Shown: one piece after another, positions 34,306-47,058 of the stretch
Layout: every line of letters begins with the position of its first letter
Position numbering within the stretch: position 1 is the first letter of the stretch
DNA from: Mesotaenium endlicherianum
Lineage: Eukaryota
Assembly (NCBI GenBank): GCA_009602735.1
Contig: WELA01001462.1
Location: forward strand, 446,921-496,412
Length of the DNA: 49,492 nt
Reading direction: 5' to 3'
The notes under the pieces: model-generated
What the model was told of the DNA's origin: nothing
The model's database searches: none
What the model saw: only the letters and a program-made list of their open reading frames with translations
Program-made: the position numbers and the translations under genes

Positions 34306-35865
34306 AAGGCTAGTTGCGGCTGGCGCGTGACAATGTCATATTTGCGGATGCAGGCGCCAGCGTAGCCGCCGGAAGCGCAGCGGCTGCAGCTGCAAGCACG
34401 ACTGCAGCTATTGGCAAGCCCGCGGCTGTCGGGAGGCTGCCACGTGGCACCTCTTGGGGGCTCCTAGGGCCGAGGGGTCGCGTCGTCAGGCCGGCGTCGG
34501 CGCCAGTCTTGGCTCTCCCGTGCAAGGCTCGCGGCGCCCTCCCCCTGGTGCGTCCGCTTGCGGGAGCCCCGGCAGCGCGAAATGCGCGATCGCCGGGGTT
34601 TTGTGTGTAGCCAGGGTTTAGGCCCTGGCTGTGCGCAGTCGTGCCGGCACCGTCGAGACCCTGCAGGCTGATCTGGCCGCACAGCGACGTCGGGGTAGCC
34701 CCCCCCGACTGCGGATGGCGGTCGTGGCCGCCAGACCTGTGCTGGCTGGGCTGGGCTGTGTACGCGTGCCAAGTGGCGGCACGCGTGCGCTAGGAGTAAA
34801 ACCTTGGCTGCAAGCAGCTGCGGGCGCGCCGTCGGTGCCCTGCCCGGGAATCTGGCCGTACAGCAAAGTTGGGGTAGCCCCCCTTGTCTGGAGATGGCGG
34901 ACGCAGCCGCTAACTGGACCCGACTCCGTCATTTTTTTGGTCAGGTTGTCATAATCGACAAATTTTGAGCTTCCCACGCGCGTTTATTGGTCGGTTTTTA
35001 CGCCGACACACGTATTCAACACGTTTTACGGCCTGGGTTGACAAAATTTGTGTGTACGTATGCGTTATACGTATACTACAAAATTGTATCCCATAACAAG
35101 GTCCCTTGCGTTGCCGCGGCCTGAGTGCCCGGGATGTGCACACTTGTAGGTGGGAGGAGTGCAATGATCCGCCACGTGGCCGATTGCGGCGCGTGCAATA
35201 GGGCGCCAATCGCGACGGACTGCGATCGGAGGTGTCGGTTTAAACTGTATAAGTACAATTGGCGCGCGATCGTAGTATCTCGAACTACCTGTTCGGTCGT
35301 ATCGCTACACTCTGTGTCTTAGTTTTTTTTTCCGCTTGTTGGTTGGCTGCTCCCTTGCTTGTCCAATAAATCCTTTTTTTTGCCCTCGCAAATCTCTCCT
35401 TACGCATATCCATTTCCCGGAGGCACTTGCCTCATTTATTATAAACAAAGAAATTGACTTGAAAGCTCCTCGCACGTTGACTCGGACCCTATCGCGTCGT
35501 GCAACAGTTGAGCCGTTAAAGCCTTGTTGCCTTTCCACACACCACCCACATTGGCCATAATACGCGGATGAAGCCTTACCTCCTCCAAGCCCCCGCCTAG
35601 AGAGTCGTCCGCCTCTTTTTTTGGGGACAAAGTAGTGTTAGATACACATACTCAGCAAAAGAAATTATTGGATGCATAATTTCCATACTCGGTATAACAA
35701 AGTCAACCCATCAACTTAATTCCTTCTAAAATCATCAAAGTGGTTCATTAATAACAAATTGATAGCATCATCTTAAGATCCGCTAAGTAGCACATATCTG
35801 TTAGGGAACAATTCATTAGGTCCTAAGTATTAAAGTGGACCCCATATATGTAAATTCATAATTCA

Positions 35866-36585
35866 TGTAATGAATCAGTATCTTGGTGGATATAATATTC
35901 AATTAAATATAACAGTCAATTGGGTTCAGTCAATTGAACCTTCAAGTTTAGTAAATACTATGTCTGCTGGATATTAAGTAATAATTGTTGTACAGACTCA
36001 GCCAATGGCAGTAGGCTGAAGTCAACTTAGGTTAGCTTGCTGACACATTCTTTGACAGTCAGCTGACTGCCGTACCCGGTAGCAGTGAATTGTCTAGATA
36101 TGCATCTAAGTGTGATATGCTAGATGAATGGCAAGAGGACACCCTTGGGTGGATGGCGATTCGGGATGATGGGAGAAAGCTGTGGATTAGGTTAGTCGAG
36201 GTCCTACCAACGTGGTCAATTCTTGGATAGGCGGTGCCATCGCACTTGCCGTTGAAGAGTAAACTCATTCCATGTACATAGATTAGACATGCTCTTGAGT
36301 TCGACATTCGGGAACGAGGCCAACTATTTTGTACTGCTTCCTGAAAGGACTGAATCCAATGCGAGAAGCCATTGACACGAATTGTCTTCTAACCTTGCTT
36401 ATGTATGAGTTTACTAATGGCATAATTTATGCTCGTTAACTTGCATTTGACTTATGAATATTGGAACGCTGGTTCTGAAGTCTTTTGTCGAATACTAGGT
36501 AATCAGAAAACCCTATAAGATTACTTTTTGACTTGAAGATCTTTTATTTATTGTTAATTGTCTACTGGTAAGTTGATTCATTTCA
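35866..36585 (+). mobile_element. Solo LTR related to the chromovirus at 41335
   Basis: TGTAATGAATCA...TGATTCATTTCA termini. 5-bp TSD ATTCA (35861-35865, 36586-36590). Homologous to 41335-42055. Confidence 0.95.
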
Positions 36586-37492
36586 ATTCATCTCCACAAA
36601 TGACCATCTGCAGATGCTTCTTTGCTTATCACATCACTTTTCTTTTTTTTACTCATTCGTTCCAACTTTGCACACTCAATATAAGACACCACAATTGAGT
36701 ATATATTTGTCATGCTTTGAAAAAGATTTATCAGCATTTTAGCTTTTCATGAAATCTTTTATTTTACGCGCTTTTCAGATAGAGTATTTGAGGTTATAAC
36801 ACTCAATTTTACGATTTACTTACTTTTAGAGAAACGTCATTGAATCTTGCATTTCAATATTTCCTACGATCTTAATGAGTGTAATGAGTAATTTCATTCA
36901 AAAAACAATCATAATGAAATCTCTAAAGCTGATATAAAAATGAACTGTCACTTCCATTGTAGTGACACTAATAGATAAAGTATTGAGTAAAATAGAATAC
37001 TTTATCTGATCAAGACAAGGACCTTTGTACACAAGTGGTAGCTTCTTGAAAGAGAGATGGCTTCTCAAAAATTAATGTATTTCTGGGATTTGGCAAGTAC
37101 AAAAGTGATTCTGGAATGCCTTTTTACGTTCTAGCTCTTGTTTATATACTTGCTACATTAGTAATTTCAGGAAGGTGCATGTTGATGTGTTGGCATCCAA
37201 CACATCCCAAACCTTGCCACCTCTTTCTATAATAATGTACACATGTCCTTTTGACCTAAAATAGCATATTTGACTTTTGCCACATGGAGTTCTTCTAGGT
37301 CCTTCCTCTAACTTTGAAAATGCCATAGAAGGTTCAAGGGACACAAACCAAGTTACTAGAGTATCTATTCACACTTGAATCTACAAAAAACTACTCTAGA
37401 AGTATTCAAAAGCAATAAATTCAAACAAACTAATATGTAATAATTCATATCACATCACTCCCCCGGCAGAAAAGCCGACGTCTCGGCACGTC

Positions 37493-37620
37493 AAGTCAGG
37501 CTTTACACATGTGAAGAAGACCAGTCAATGGCTTCAAGTCAAGTGACACACATGTAAAGAAGACTAGTCAAAGGTTCCAAGTCAGTTGCTACAGATGTAA
37601 GGTAGACTAGGCAAGGTCGT
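37493..37620 (+). repeat. Three degenerate ~43-bp tandem repeats
   Basis: Unit approximately AAGTCAxxxxxxACACATGTRAAGAAGACYAGTCAAxGGyTyC. Confidence 0.7.
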
Positions 37621-37663
37621 GGGTGGCGTGACCTTAGTGGCTAGCCTACTTCTTGATGATAAA

Positions 37664-40600
37664 TGTTGTCCATTATGGGGTCGGGCGCGTCTGCTTGATA
37701 TAAGCAACACACAAGTGGGCAAGCAAGACTTGCTATGGTGAAAGCGAAAGTGCATGCGGCCTTATGGCCAAAAAGAAGTTCAGCTTTCAAATGTTTTAAT
37801 TGCTATCATGACTCTCGGGTCGAGACCGTCGCCCAAGCCGAGACACACGTGCGTCGACCAACGACCTAAGAGGGCCGACTTTGACTTTGCTTCACGCATT
37901 CATATGTTGACCTTTGCTAGCATTCCAAATCGCTAAAGTGTAGAGCGTCGCGTCACCTTCCGAACGGCATCGGTTGCGCACCATTTGGCCAAGTGTCGAG
38001 CAAGATATCCGCGATCTAGTCCGCGCCACCTACCGGCCCTTTGCAGATTTTCACCAAAGGCCACTTTGTGACTCAATGTGCCCAAACGCCACATTGTTGG
38101 CTCTTTGCGACTCCAAGGACCTTAAGCGATTAGCTCACGAATCCGCGAGCTTGATAAAGTACACTTAGCATGCATTAACATAGTATATGAGCACCATTTG
38201 AGCTATAACTTGGTGACCGCATCACTCCTTCCTCCTCCTTAAGTTTCTGATCTACTTTTGAGGCATTATTGAGGTAGCATTGGTCGAGGTAGGCTCCGCC
38301 AATAAGAGTCATGCATCCACTTCCTTGCACTATATTTGATTGGTGTGTGTTGTGCTTAACCAGTAGGAGAGCTAGTACTTGCCTTACCTCCATTTTCGTG
38401 GACCTAAGAGAGCCTCCTAGAGTGATTGTGTGCATTGAATCCGCCACCTTCAACGTCGATTTTGCAGGGAGTATGTAGCAGTAGATGCCCTTAGAATGAC
38501 ATCTTTTTAGAAGTCAATTATACCAGCTGTAAGCCGCACAGAGTTATCAATAAAGCTCACACTTTTACCTCTTGTGTTTTCAGGACCACTTAGTCTCTCT
38601 CTTGTGAGAGCGAGCCCTCCTGGCTTCCAGTCACTTGAAGAACTTCACAAGTGATGAGCAAAGTCACAGCTTAAACCCTGCCATGGAACTACTCTTGAAG
38701 ATCATGATGTACTTCCAGTGATCTTTTGGGCCAAACCTCATCAGTTGTAATCCTACCAAATTACAATCTTGAGGTGCTCACTCTGAAAAGTACACGTCTC
38801 CTGCTGTCGTACGTGATGGGGTCGGGCGCGTCTGCTTAATATAAGCAACACACAAGCGGGCAAGCAAGACTTGCTATGGTGAAAGCAAAAATGCATGCGG
38901 CCTTATGGCCAAAAAGAATGTCAACTGTCAAATATTTCAATCCCCCCCTCAGCTCTCATCCGCCAGCTGGTGAGCTAATAATGCTACTGCTAGCTAACTC
39001 AGAGCGTCACCACAGAACCAGTCTCCAGCGAGGACGCGCTCCAATGGGGGGTCGAGGTAGCCGATGTGGAAGCCAATGTTGCAGCTGTCGCAGAATATAA
39101 TACTTTATCTATTCAAGACAAGAATCTTTGAACACAAGTGGTAACTTCTTGAAAGTTAATATATTTTGGAAATTGGCAAGTACAAGAGTAATTTCCCAGG
39201 ATTGAAAGTGTCTGGTTTGCCGGGCTTGATGAGCTTCCTTGCTCTTGTAGGCTCTTGTGGAGGCGCTTGAGCCGAGGTTGGATTTTGAGCGTTGCTCGCG
39301 ATAGGGGCAACCATGGCAGCCATAGCTTCTCTTGACGCTTGCACGGTTGCTTCATAGGTGGCCAACCCCACTTGGTTGTGGACGATCATTAGGAAGGCTG
39401 CCCACTCATTTGCGGGACCTCCTTGTGGTTGCATCTTAGCCCTTTGCTAGGGCTGTGGCAGATCTGGCATGCCCAGTTCTTGGGCGGCCGCGCGTCGCGG
39501 GGATGAAACTGCACATCAAGGCAAGGAAGGTGGCATGGACCACAATTTTTTGTGTGGTCCTTGTGAAGACGGCCATCTGCGCCTTCCAACTCGAGTACTC
39601 CGGATGCCAATGCATGCTTGACGCGCAGGATGACCGGCGAGCTGGTGGTGTCGAGTGTGTTCTTCGTCTGGCGTCGCAGGTACACGAAGTCACTTGCAAA
39701 AAACTGCAACACCCAAGGACAATGGGCTCCTCCACGAGTCATTGCATACCTCAGCGTGTCGCGGTGCTGGGCAATACTGAGGTTGTCCATGGCCATGGGC
39801 ATTAGGCGCTGGAAAAGCTGTGCTCAAAGCCTTCGTGCTCCTGCACCAACACTGCTCCCAGCCTTGCCTGCGACCAGTCGATGTGGAGGATGAAAGGCTT
39901 GGTGTGGTCGAGCCGCCGCAACAGTGGAGCGCTCACTAGCAACTCCTTGAGCTTGACAAACGCAACCTGCTGCTCTGTCCCCCATACATAGGCCACCCCC
40001 TTCCGCAGCAAGTCATTGAGTGGCTTAGCGAGCTTGCTGAAGCCAGGCACAAAGCGGCTGTAGTTGTAGGCGATCCCTAGGAAGGCCCTCAACTGCAAGA
40101 TGTTGGTTGGCGGCGGGATGCCTGTAATGGCCGAGATCTTGGCCAGCTGCGGTGCCAAGCCGCTGGAGGAGAGGAGATGCCCAAGGTACTCCACCTTTCG
40201 GGTCCCGAAGGTGCACTTCCATGAATGGCACTTGAGCCCAACGGCCTCCAAGCGGTCCAGGACGGCGGTGATGTGCGCCACGTGCTCCTTGAACGTTTCA
40301 CTAAAGACGAGCACGTCAATATACCACCGGGCAAAGGATAGCCCTGCCAGCTCCTTATCCATGACCCGATGGAAGGTAGCTAGAGCGTAGTTCAGCCCGA
40401 AGGGCATCACCCTCCACTCGTAGAGGCGCTGTGCCCCCCAAAACGCCGTCTTGTGCTGGTCCTTCACCGCTATAGGTATCTGGTTGAAGCCCTGCCTCAA
40501 GTCCAGCACCGAAAACCATGTGCACGTGCCAATGTCATCAAAGATCTCGTCAGGGGTAGGCATAGGATATCTGTCCTGCTCAATAACCTCGTTCAGCTTA

Positions 40601-41334
40601 CGATAGTCACCTCACATCCTCTTCTCAGTCCAGTTTCCCAAGGCATCCTTCTTCGCCGGCATGATCGTAGGGGCCGCGTAGCTACTAGGTAGAGCAGGAC
40701 TCCCAAATAAGCTGGTTGTCCTCCAACTTGCCAGTCTGCGTGTTGATCAAGCCGTTCTCGAAGTGACTGGAGCAGTATTGCTTTAGGAAGATGGGCACGT
40801 CGGACGTGAGGCGGAGCCTCATGGGGTCACCAGTGTAGCACCCCAAGTCATGCATGTCGCTGGCAAAGCAGGCACTGCGTCGGGCATCGAGCATCCCCGT
40901 CAGCTACGCTGCCTGCTCCGTGGTAAGGGGCCCCCCTAGATTCCATGTGGAGGTTGGTGGGGGTGGTGCGTACTCTGCACCAGTCACCTCCTGTGCTGTT
41001 GTTGCAGAGCTCTGCCCCCCTGCTGGCGTCGCCTGTTTGCTGGCAAAGAGCGGCTGCCTTGCACCTGCTCTTGCTGGCTCCTGGCCTGCGGATGCCAGTT
41101 GACCTGTAGGAGCGGCCTGCTAGCGTGCAGGATAAAAAAGAAAGGGGGAGAGATGCGGCTCCTTGGACCGTTGTGCCTCCTCCCACCGCCGACCCCCCCC
41201 CAGCGGGCCAGAGTCGGAGCCGGATGCAGGCGGCGGCTGGTACGGCTGACAAGGAGGTGCCTGGGGGGTGGGCCCTTCTCGCTGGGACCGCCAACGGATG
41301 CCGGGTCTATGGTCGGGCTCGTCTAGATGGCGGG
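37664..41334 (-). mobile_element. Element 3: internally deleted relative of element 2, interrupted by the chromovirus
   Basis: B 37664-37801, inverted A 37804-38802, B 38805-38941, PPT 38942-38950, then PHD/IN tail and RT-RH highly similar to element 2. Confidence 0.9.
38956..40950 (-). pseudogene. pol: RT-RNase H fused by deletion to the integrase C-terminus/PHD (element 3)
   Basis: ORFs 39802-40563 (RT/RH, YID-V) and 39389-39802 (IN tail). The integrase core is absent and the PHD is split by insertion 39095-39430. Confidence 0.9.
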
Positions 41335-42055
41335 TGTAATGAATTAGTATATTAGTGGATATAATATTCATTTAAATATAATAGTTAACTAAGTTCAGCC
41401 TGCTAAAATTTAGTTAATAGTCAATCTGCTGGACTTTACATAATTATCAGTTTAATGACTCAGTCAAAAGCAGCAGGCTGAAAGTCCATGTAAGTCAGCT
41501 TGCTGACACATTCTTTGACAGCAAGCTGACTTCCGTACTCGGTAGCAGCGAACTGCCTTGATATGCATCTAAGTGCAATATGCTAGATGAATGGCCAGAT
41601 GACATCCCTAGGATGGATGGCTATTCGGGATGATGGAAGATGGCGGTGGATTTGGTTAACCGAGGTCCTACCAACGTGGTTAACTCCCGGGTAGACGGTG
41701 CCATCGCACTGACCGTTGAACAGTAAACTCATTCCATGTACATATGCTAGGCATTGCCCTCGAGTTCGGCATTCGGAAACGAGGCCAACTCTCCTGTACA
41801 GCTTACTGAGAGAGATCTGAATCCAAGGCGAGAAGCCATTGATACGCACTGTCTTCTAACCTTGCTTATGTATGAGTTTACTAATTCGCATCATTAATGC
41901 TAGTATACTCGCATTTGACTTACGAGTATTATTCACTGCTAGTGTATTGTCCTTCGCCGTTTCACCAGTTAACGGAAATTACCATAAAGATTACTTGCTG
42001 ATATAAAGATCTTTATTAATTGTTAATCGCCTATTTGGTAAGTTGATTCATTTCA
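41335..42055 (+). repeat. 5' LTR of chromovirus
   Basis: TGTAATGAAT...ATTCATTTCA; matches 49116-49492 and 35866-36585. Confidence 0.96.
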
Positions 42056-42056
42056 G

Positions 42057-42068
42057 TGGTATCGGAGC
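42057..42068 (+). promoter_or_regulatory. Primer binding site (tRNA-iMet type)
   Basis: TGGTATCGGAGC, 1 nt after the LTR; one mismatch to canonical TGGTATCAGAGC. Confidence 0.9.
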
Positions 42069-42089
42069 AGTTATCACGGTCTTCTTTGT

Positions 42090-43304
42090 ATGGTAAGGAC
42101 AAGGTCTCAAACTAGCAACTCCCGAGACGTGGAGAACCAGGATAACGAGAATGTCAAAAACCAGGCGGAAAGCCATGTAGCGGGAACCCGTACCTATTCT
42201 GAAGCGGTAGCAGATACTGCAGCTAGGGAGGCTGCAGATGAGGCAGCTGCTATTGCCTCAGTCGCAGCTCAGCAAACTAACGGGGAGATAGCCAGACTAG
42301 AAGCTGAACAAGTAGCAAAGGCCGCTGAAGATACAGAAAGGAGGGAAGGACAGCCAGCTGACGAGCGCACTGTTGAAGAACTTATGGCATCAAGGGCCAA
42401 TGTTCTGAACCCACCTCCTGTCGTACAACTCAATGTACCCCTAGGTCAAATACGTGACCGGCTGAATGCGGCAGGAATTGCTGCTGCAAGAGCAGGAGGG
42501 ATTGTTGAGGACACTACTCAGCGAGTAGATGCCAATGCTGCTGCTGCATTTGCTAATCTACCACCCCAAAATGTAGACTTGGGAGCATTGTTCGTTCAGA
42601 TGCAGTCGCAAATGGCGACCATGTATCAGTCCCAGCAGGAGGACAAAAGAATCATAATGTCCCTACTCCGGGACAGAGACCAACTGGGGTCTCACACCAC
42701 TAGTGGTGGTGGCCGAGGGCCTAGTAAGCCCAAGCCGAAACCTCCCCAGGACTATGATCCTGAGGGAAACAGAAAATATTACCTGATCAAGTTTCTCGCG
42801 GATGTTGAGCAGTGGCTGGAGAACTACCCAGAACTGCAAGATTACGAGAAGGTCAGGCACACCGGTGCGCTACTGAAAGGCAGTGCCGCAGACTGGTGGC
42901 TTTACTGGAAGGGAGAGCGTAAGGCTCGGCAACTCGGTGGCCCTACGTAGGGAAATTTGTCGAGAAGTTGCATGAGAAGATTGATGTCATCAACCAGCAG
43001 GAGAAAGCTATCTATGCGATGATCTCCCCGACACTGAGCAGACCACTTCAGTTGCTGAGTTCGCTCAAAAGTTCCAAGAGAACATGATGAAGCAGCCGGA
43101 TTTGCCAGAACGGTATAGGATAGCATACTTCAGGTATGGCTTGAAATCCGAGGTCTCTGGTCATTTTGCTGAGAAAAAGTATGAGAAACTGGCTGACTTG
43201 ATCCAGGATGCTGACGCCTGGGATCAGCAGCAGTTCAATCACAAGCGCCAGAGTAACGCTTTGGTGTCTAAGATTGTCAAAAAGCCCCACGGTTCCTACA
43301 ATGC
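42090..43304 (+). pseudogene. gag: Chromovirus Gag (stop at 42948, runs into assembly gap)
   Basis: MVRTRSQ start, KPKPPQDYD, LLKGSAADWW, YFRYGLKSEV. Confidence 0.85.
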
Positions 43305-44006
43305 NNNNNNNNNNNNNNNNNNNNNNNNNNNNNNNNNNNNNNNNNNNNNNNNNNNNNNNNNNNNNNNNNNNNNNNNNNNNNNNNNNNNNNNNNNNNNNNN
43401 NNNNNNNNNNNNNNNNNNNNNNNNNNNNNNNNNNNNNNNNNNNNNNNNNNNNNNNNNNNNNNNNNNNNNNNNNNNNNNNNNNNNNNNNNNNNNNNNNNNN
43501 NNNNNNNNNNNNNNNNNNNNNNNNNNNNNNNNNNNNNNNNNNNNNNNNNNNNNNNNNNNNNNNNNNNNNNNNNNNNNNNNNNNNNNNNNNNNNNNNNNNN
43601 NNNNNNNNNNNNNNNNNNNNNNNNNNNNNNNNNNNNNNNNNNNNNNNNNNNNNNNNNNNNNNNNNNNNNNNNNNNNNNNNNNNNNNNNNNNNNNNNNNNN
43701 NNNNNNNNNNNNNNNNNNNNNNNNNNNNNNNNNNNNNNNNNNNNNNNNNNNNNNNNNNNNNNNNNNNNNNNNNNNNNNNNNNNNNNNNNNNNNNNNNNNN
43801 NNNNNNNNNNNNNNNNNNNNNNNNNNNNNNNNNNNNNNNNNNNNNNNNNNNNNNNNNNNNNNNNNNNNNNNNNNNNNNNNNNNNNNNNNNNNNNNNNNNN
43901 NNNNNNNNNNNNNNNNNNNNNNNNNNNNNNNNNNNNNNNNNNNNNNNNNNNNNNNNNNNNNNNNNNNNNNNNNNNNNNNNNNNNNNNNNNNNNNNNNNNN
44001 NNNNNN
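43305..44006. other. Assembly gap, probably covering the gag end and protease
   Basis: Run of N. Confidence 1.
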
Positions 44007-47000
44007 AGAGGTACCTCCTCAACCTGAAGAAGTGGTTGAGAAAAAGGTACACCCTCCGGAACACCCTACTGCTGCAAACATTGTTGCTCAGTACACGGAT
44101 GTGTTTAATATGCCTCCAGGACTACCCCTTAAGCGGGAAGTAGATCATAGGATTGATTTATTACCTGGTAGCCAGCCACCCTGGCAACGCACGTATGGCT
44201 TGTCTTATTTGGAGGGTGAGGAGTTGAAAACGGGATTGGAGAGCTGGAGGAAAATGGTTACATTTCTCCCAGTAAATCACCGTACGGCGCACCTATCCTA
44301 TTTGTTAAGAAAAAGGATGGCAGTATGCGGATGTGTGTGGATTACAGAGCCCTGAACAGAATTACAGTAAAGAACAAGTATGCGTTACCAAGGATCGAAG
44401 ACTTGCTTGATACTTTGTCTGGCGCTAAGGTGTTCAGTAAGATAGATCTCAAGAGTGGTTATCATCAAATCAGAATTGCTGAGGGGGATGAACACAAGAC
44501 TGCTTTCCGCACACGTTATGGACACTATGAGTTCAACGTGATGCCATTTGGACTGACTAATGCTCCTGCTACCTTTATGGGTGCTATGAATGACATTTTC
44601 AGACCTTATTTGGATAAGTTTGTGCAAGTTTTCCTGGATGATATTTTAATTTTCTCTAAAGATGAAGCTCAGCACGCTGAACACTTAAAGAAAGTGCAGG
44701 ACACTATGCGAAAAAATCACTTGTATGCTAAAATGAGCAAGTGTGATTTCTTTAAGGAAAGTATTGAATTCTTAGGCCACGTTGTCAGTAAAGAGGGCAT
44801 CAGTGTGGATCCTAAGAAAGTCCAGACCATAAGGGACTGGCCAGTACCACAGTCTGTCTCTGAAGTTAGATCCTTCCTCGGGTTGGCTAACTACTATAGG
44901 AGATTCATTGAGAATTATTCCACAAAGGACAGTAAACTGACTGACCTTACTAAGAAAGACATCGGGTATGTGTGGGGGGAAGAGCAGCAGGCTGCCTTCC
45001 AGGCCCTTAAAGATGCCCTTTGNCTGTTCTGCCCCAGNNNNNNNNNNNNNNNNNNNNNNNNNNNNNNNNNNNNNNNNNNNNNNNNNNNNNNNNNNNNNNN
45101 NNNNNNNNNNNNNNNNNNNNNNNNNNNNNNNNNNNNNNNNNNNNNNNNNNNNNNNNNNNNNNNNNNNNNNNNNNNNNNNNNCGTGGCATCCTGTGTTGTA
45201 TNATCAGTCTATGAAATTTAATCCAGCGGAGATTAATTACTCAGTGCATGATAAAGAGCTGCTAGCTATCATTCATGTACTCAAACAGTGGAGAGCATAC
45301 TTACATGGTAAAGCTTTTAAGGTGATTACAGATCATCTAGCTCTAACCCACTTTCAGAAGAAGTCCAAGCTGTCGAGGAGGGAGAACCGCTGGAGCCAGA
45401 TGCAAGAGCAGTTCCAAGTCCAGATCGACTACAAACCAGGGAAGTTGAATCTTGCTGATGCACTCTCTAGAAGACCTGACTTGCAAGAAAGGAACTTTAG
45501 TCAGCATGCTGTAGATAAAGTCCTGTGTGCACTCACTTCACTAAAGGTGAAAAAGTCCTTCCTTGAACAACTTAGGAAAGCCTACCTTTCTGACCCAACA
45601 TTTGAGCCCAGCCCCACTACTGGTATGTGTCGTGCTACTGCACTCGGGTATAAGCTCAAGGGAGGGGTCTGGGTGACTGAAACCACTTCAGGCAGGCTGA
45701 AGCTGGTCATTCCTAATAATTTGGAAATAAGGTCTCTCTTACTGAGTCAAGCTCATGACAGTCTCCTGGGTGGACATTTGGGGCAGGCCAAAACTGTTGG
45801 CAAACTGGCAAAACATTATCATTGGGAGGGGTTACCCCGGGAGGTCTTGAAATATGTCAAGTCCTGTGACCAGTGTCAGAGAAATAAGTCTCGGCACACA
45901 CCACCCGGAGGTCTCTTGCAACCGCTACCCATCCCAGCGGGACGCTGGGAAACTATATCCATGGACTGGGTGGTCTCACTACCAAGAACTGCCAACGGGC
46001 ATGATTCAATACTGGTAGTCGTGGATAAACTGACAAAAATGGTCATTTTTATCCCCACAACTGTCAAAGTGACTGCACTCGAAACAGCGAGACAGTTTTA
46101 CAACCATGTAGTATGCCAACATGGGCTCCCTTCTAATATCATCTCAGACAGAGACTCAAAATTCACCTCTAAGTTCTGGAGAGCTTTAATGGGGTTAATG
46201 GGAGTCAAACAGCTGCTCAGCACAGCAAACCACCCTCAGACTGATGGGCAGACTGAAAGAACTAACCGAGTTCTGCAGGAGGTGCTGAGAGCATATATTA
46301 ACCAAAAACAAGATAATTGGGATGACCTGTTGCCTCAAATTCAGTTTGCGGTCAACAGTGCGGTGCACGCGTCAACGGGCAAAACTCCTTTTGAACTCAG
46401 CCTGGGTAGAGTCCCTAAGTCTCCTCTAGATGTGCTAGGGGAATCTTTAACTCACCCTGAAGGGATTGACAACCCGGTCTCCCTCCAGTTAACTCAGGAG
46501 TTTGCTGACACCCTGTCAGAAGTCCAACGAAACTTGCACACGGCCCAAGAAAACCAACAAAAATACGCTAATCAACACCGTCGGGAACTGACATTTTCCA
46601 AGGGGGATTTAGTCAAACTGCATTCTCAGCACCTGTACCTCCCTGGTGTGGTCAAGAAAAAGCTTGGCCCTGTCTGGGTCGGTCCATATTCGGTGGTCCG
46701 TCGTGTCGGTCAGAATGCTTACAAACTGAACATGTCAGCTGAATACAAGGGGCACCCGGTCTTTAATGTCTCCTTCCTGGAACCGTACATCAAAGGTGAT
46801 ACACTGTTCACAGGTCGGTTCCCTGTCCAACCGGGACCGGTCCCCGCTGTCCGGGACGGCGACCCTGAGGAATATGAGGTCGATGAGATTTTAGACGCTC
46901 GCTCGGTCCGTCGATCGTCTAAATATGTCATGAAATACCTCATTCGATGGAAGGGTTACGATGCCTCTGGGGACACTTGGGAGTTTAAGGACCACTTGAC

Positions 47001-47058
47001 CAATGCCAAAGGGGCGTTGACACGGTTCCACCTTCGGGCCGCTGGAGTCCCTCCATAA
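44007..47058 (+). pseudogene. pol: Chromovirus Pol: RT, RNase H, integrase, chromodomain
   Basis: [68 protein letters not shown]...YLIRWKGYDASGDTWE. Frameshift ~44250 and a gap at 45038-45181. Confidence 0.96.
45038..45181. other. Assembly gap within RNase H
   Basis: Run of N. Confidence 1.

Larger units (their letters stand above)
26305..34950 (-). mobile_element. Second DNMT-carrying Ty3/Gypsy family (element 2), GC-rich, with B-A-B 3' end; 5' end not found
   Basis: PR-DNMT-RT-RH-IN-PHD on the minus strand. PPT 26712-26719. Repeats 26305-26711. Right boundary approximate. Confidence 0.9.

Noticed and set aside
28219..34954. Numerous + strand and overlapping ORFs
   Set aside because: Antisense or alternative-frame shadows expected in GC-rich coding DNA.
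35300..37450. Possible host exon (35439-35630) or decayed LINE remnant (36990-37350)
   Set aside because: Too short and degenerate to support a call.
37493..37620. CRISPR-like array
   Set aside because: Degenerate tandem units without unique spacers; eukaryotic context and no cas genes.
43048..45221. Long ORFs spanning N runs
   Set aside because: Their length is an artefact of assembly gaps.
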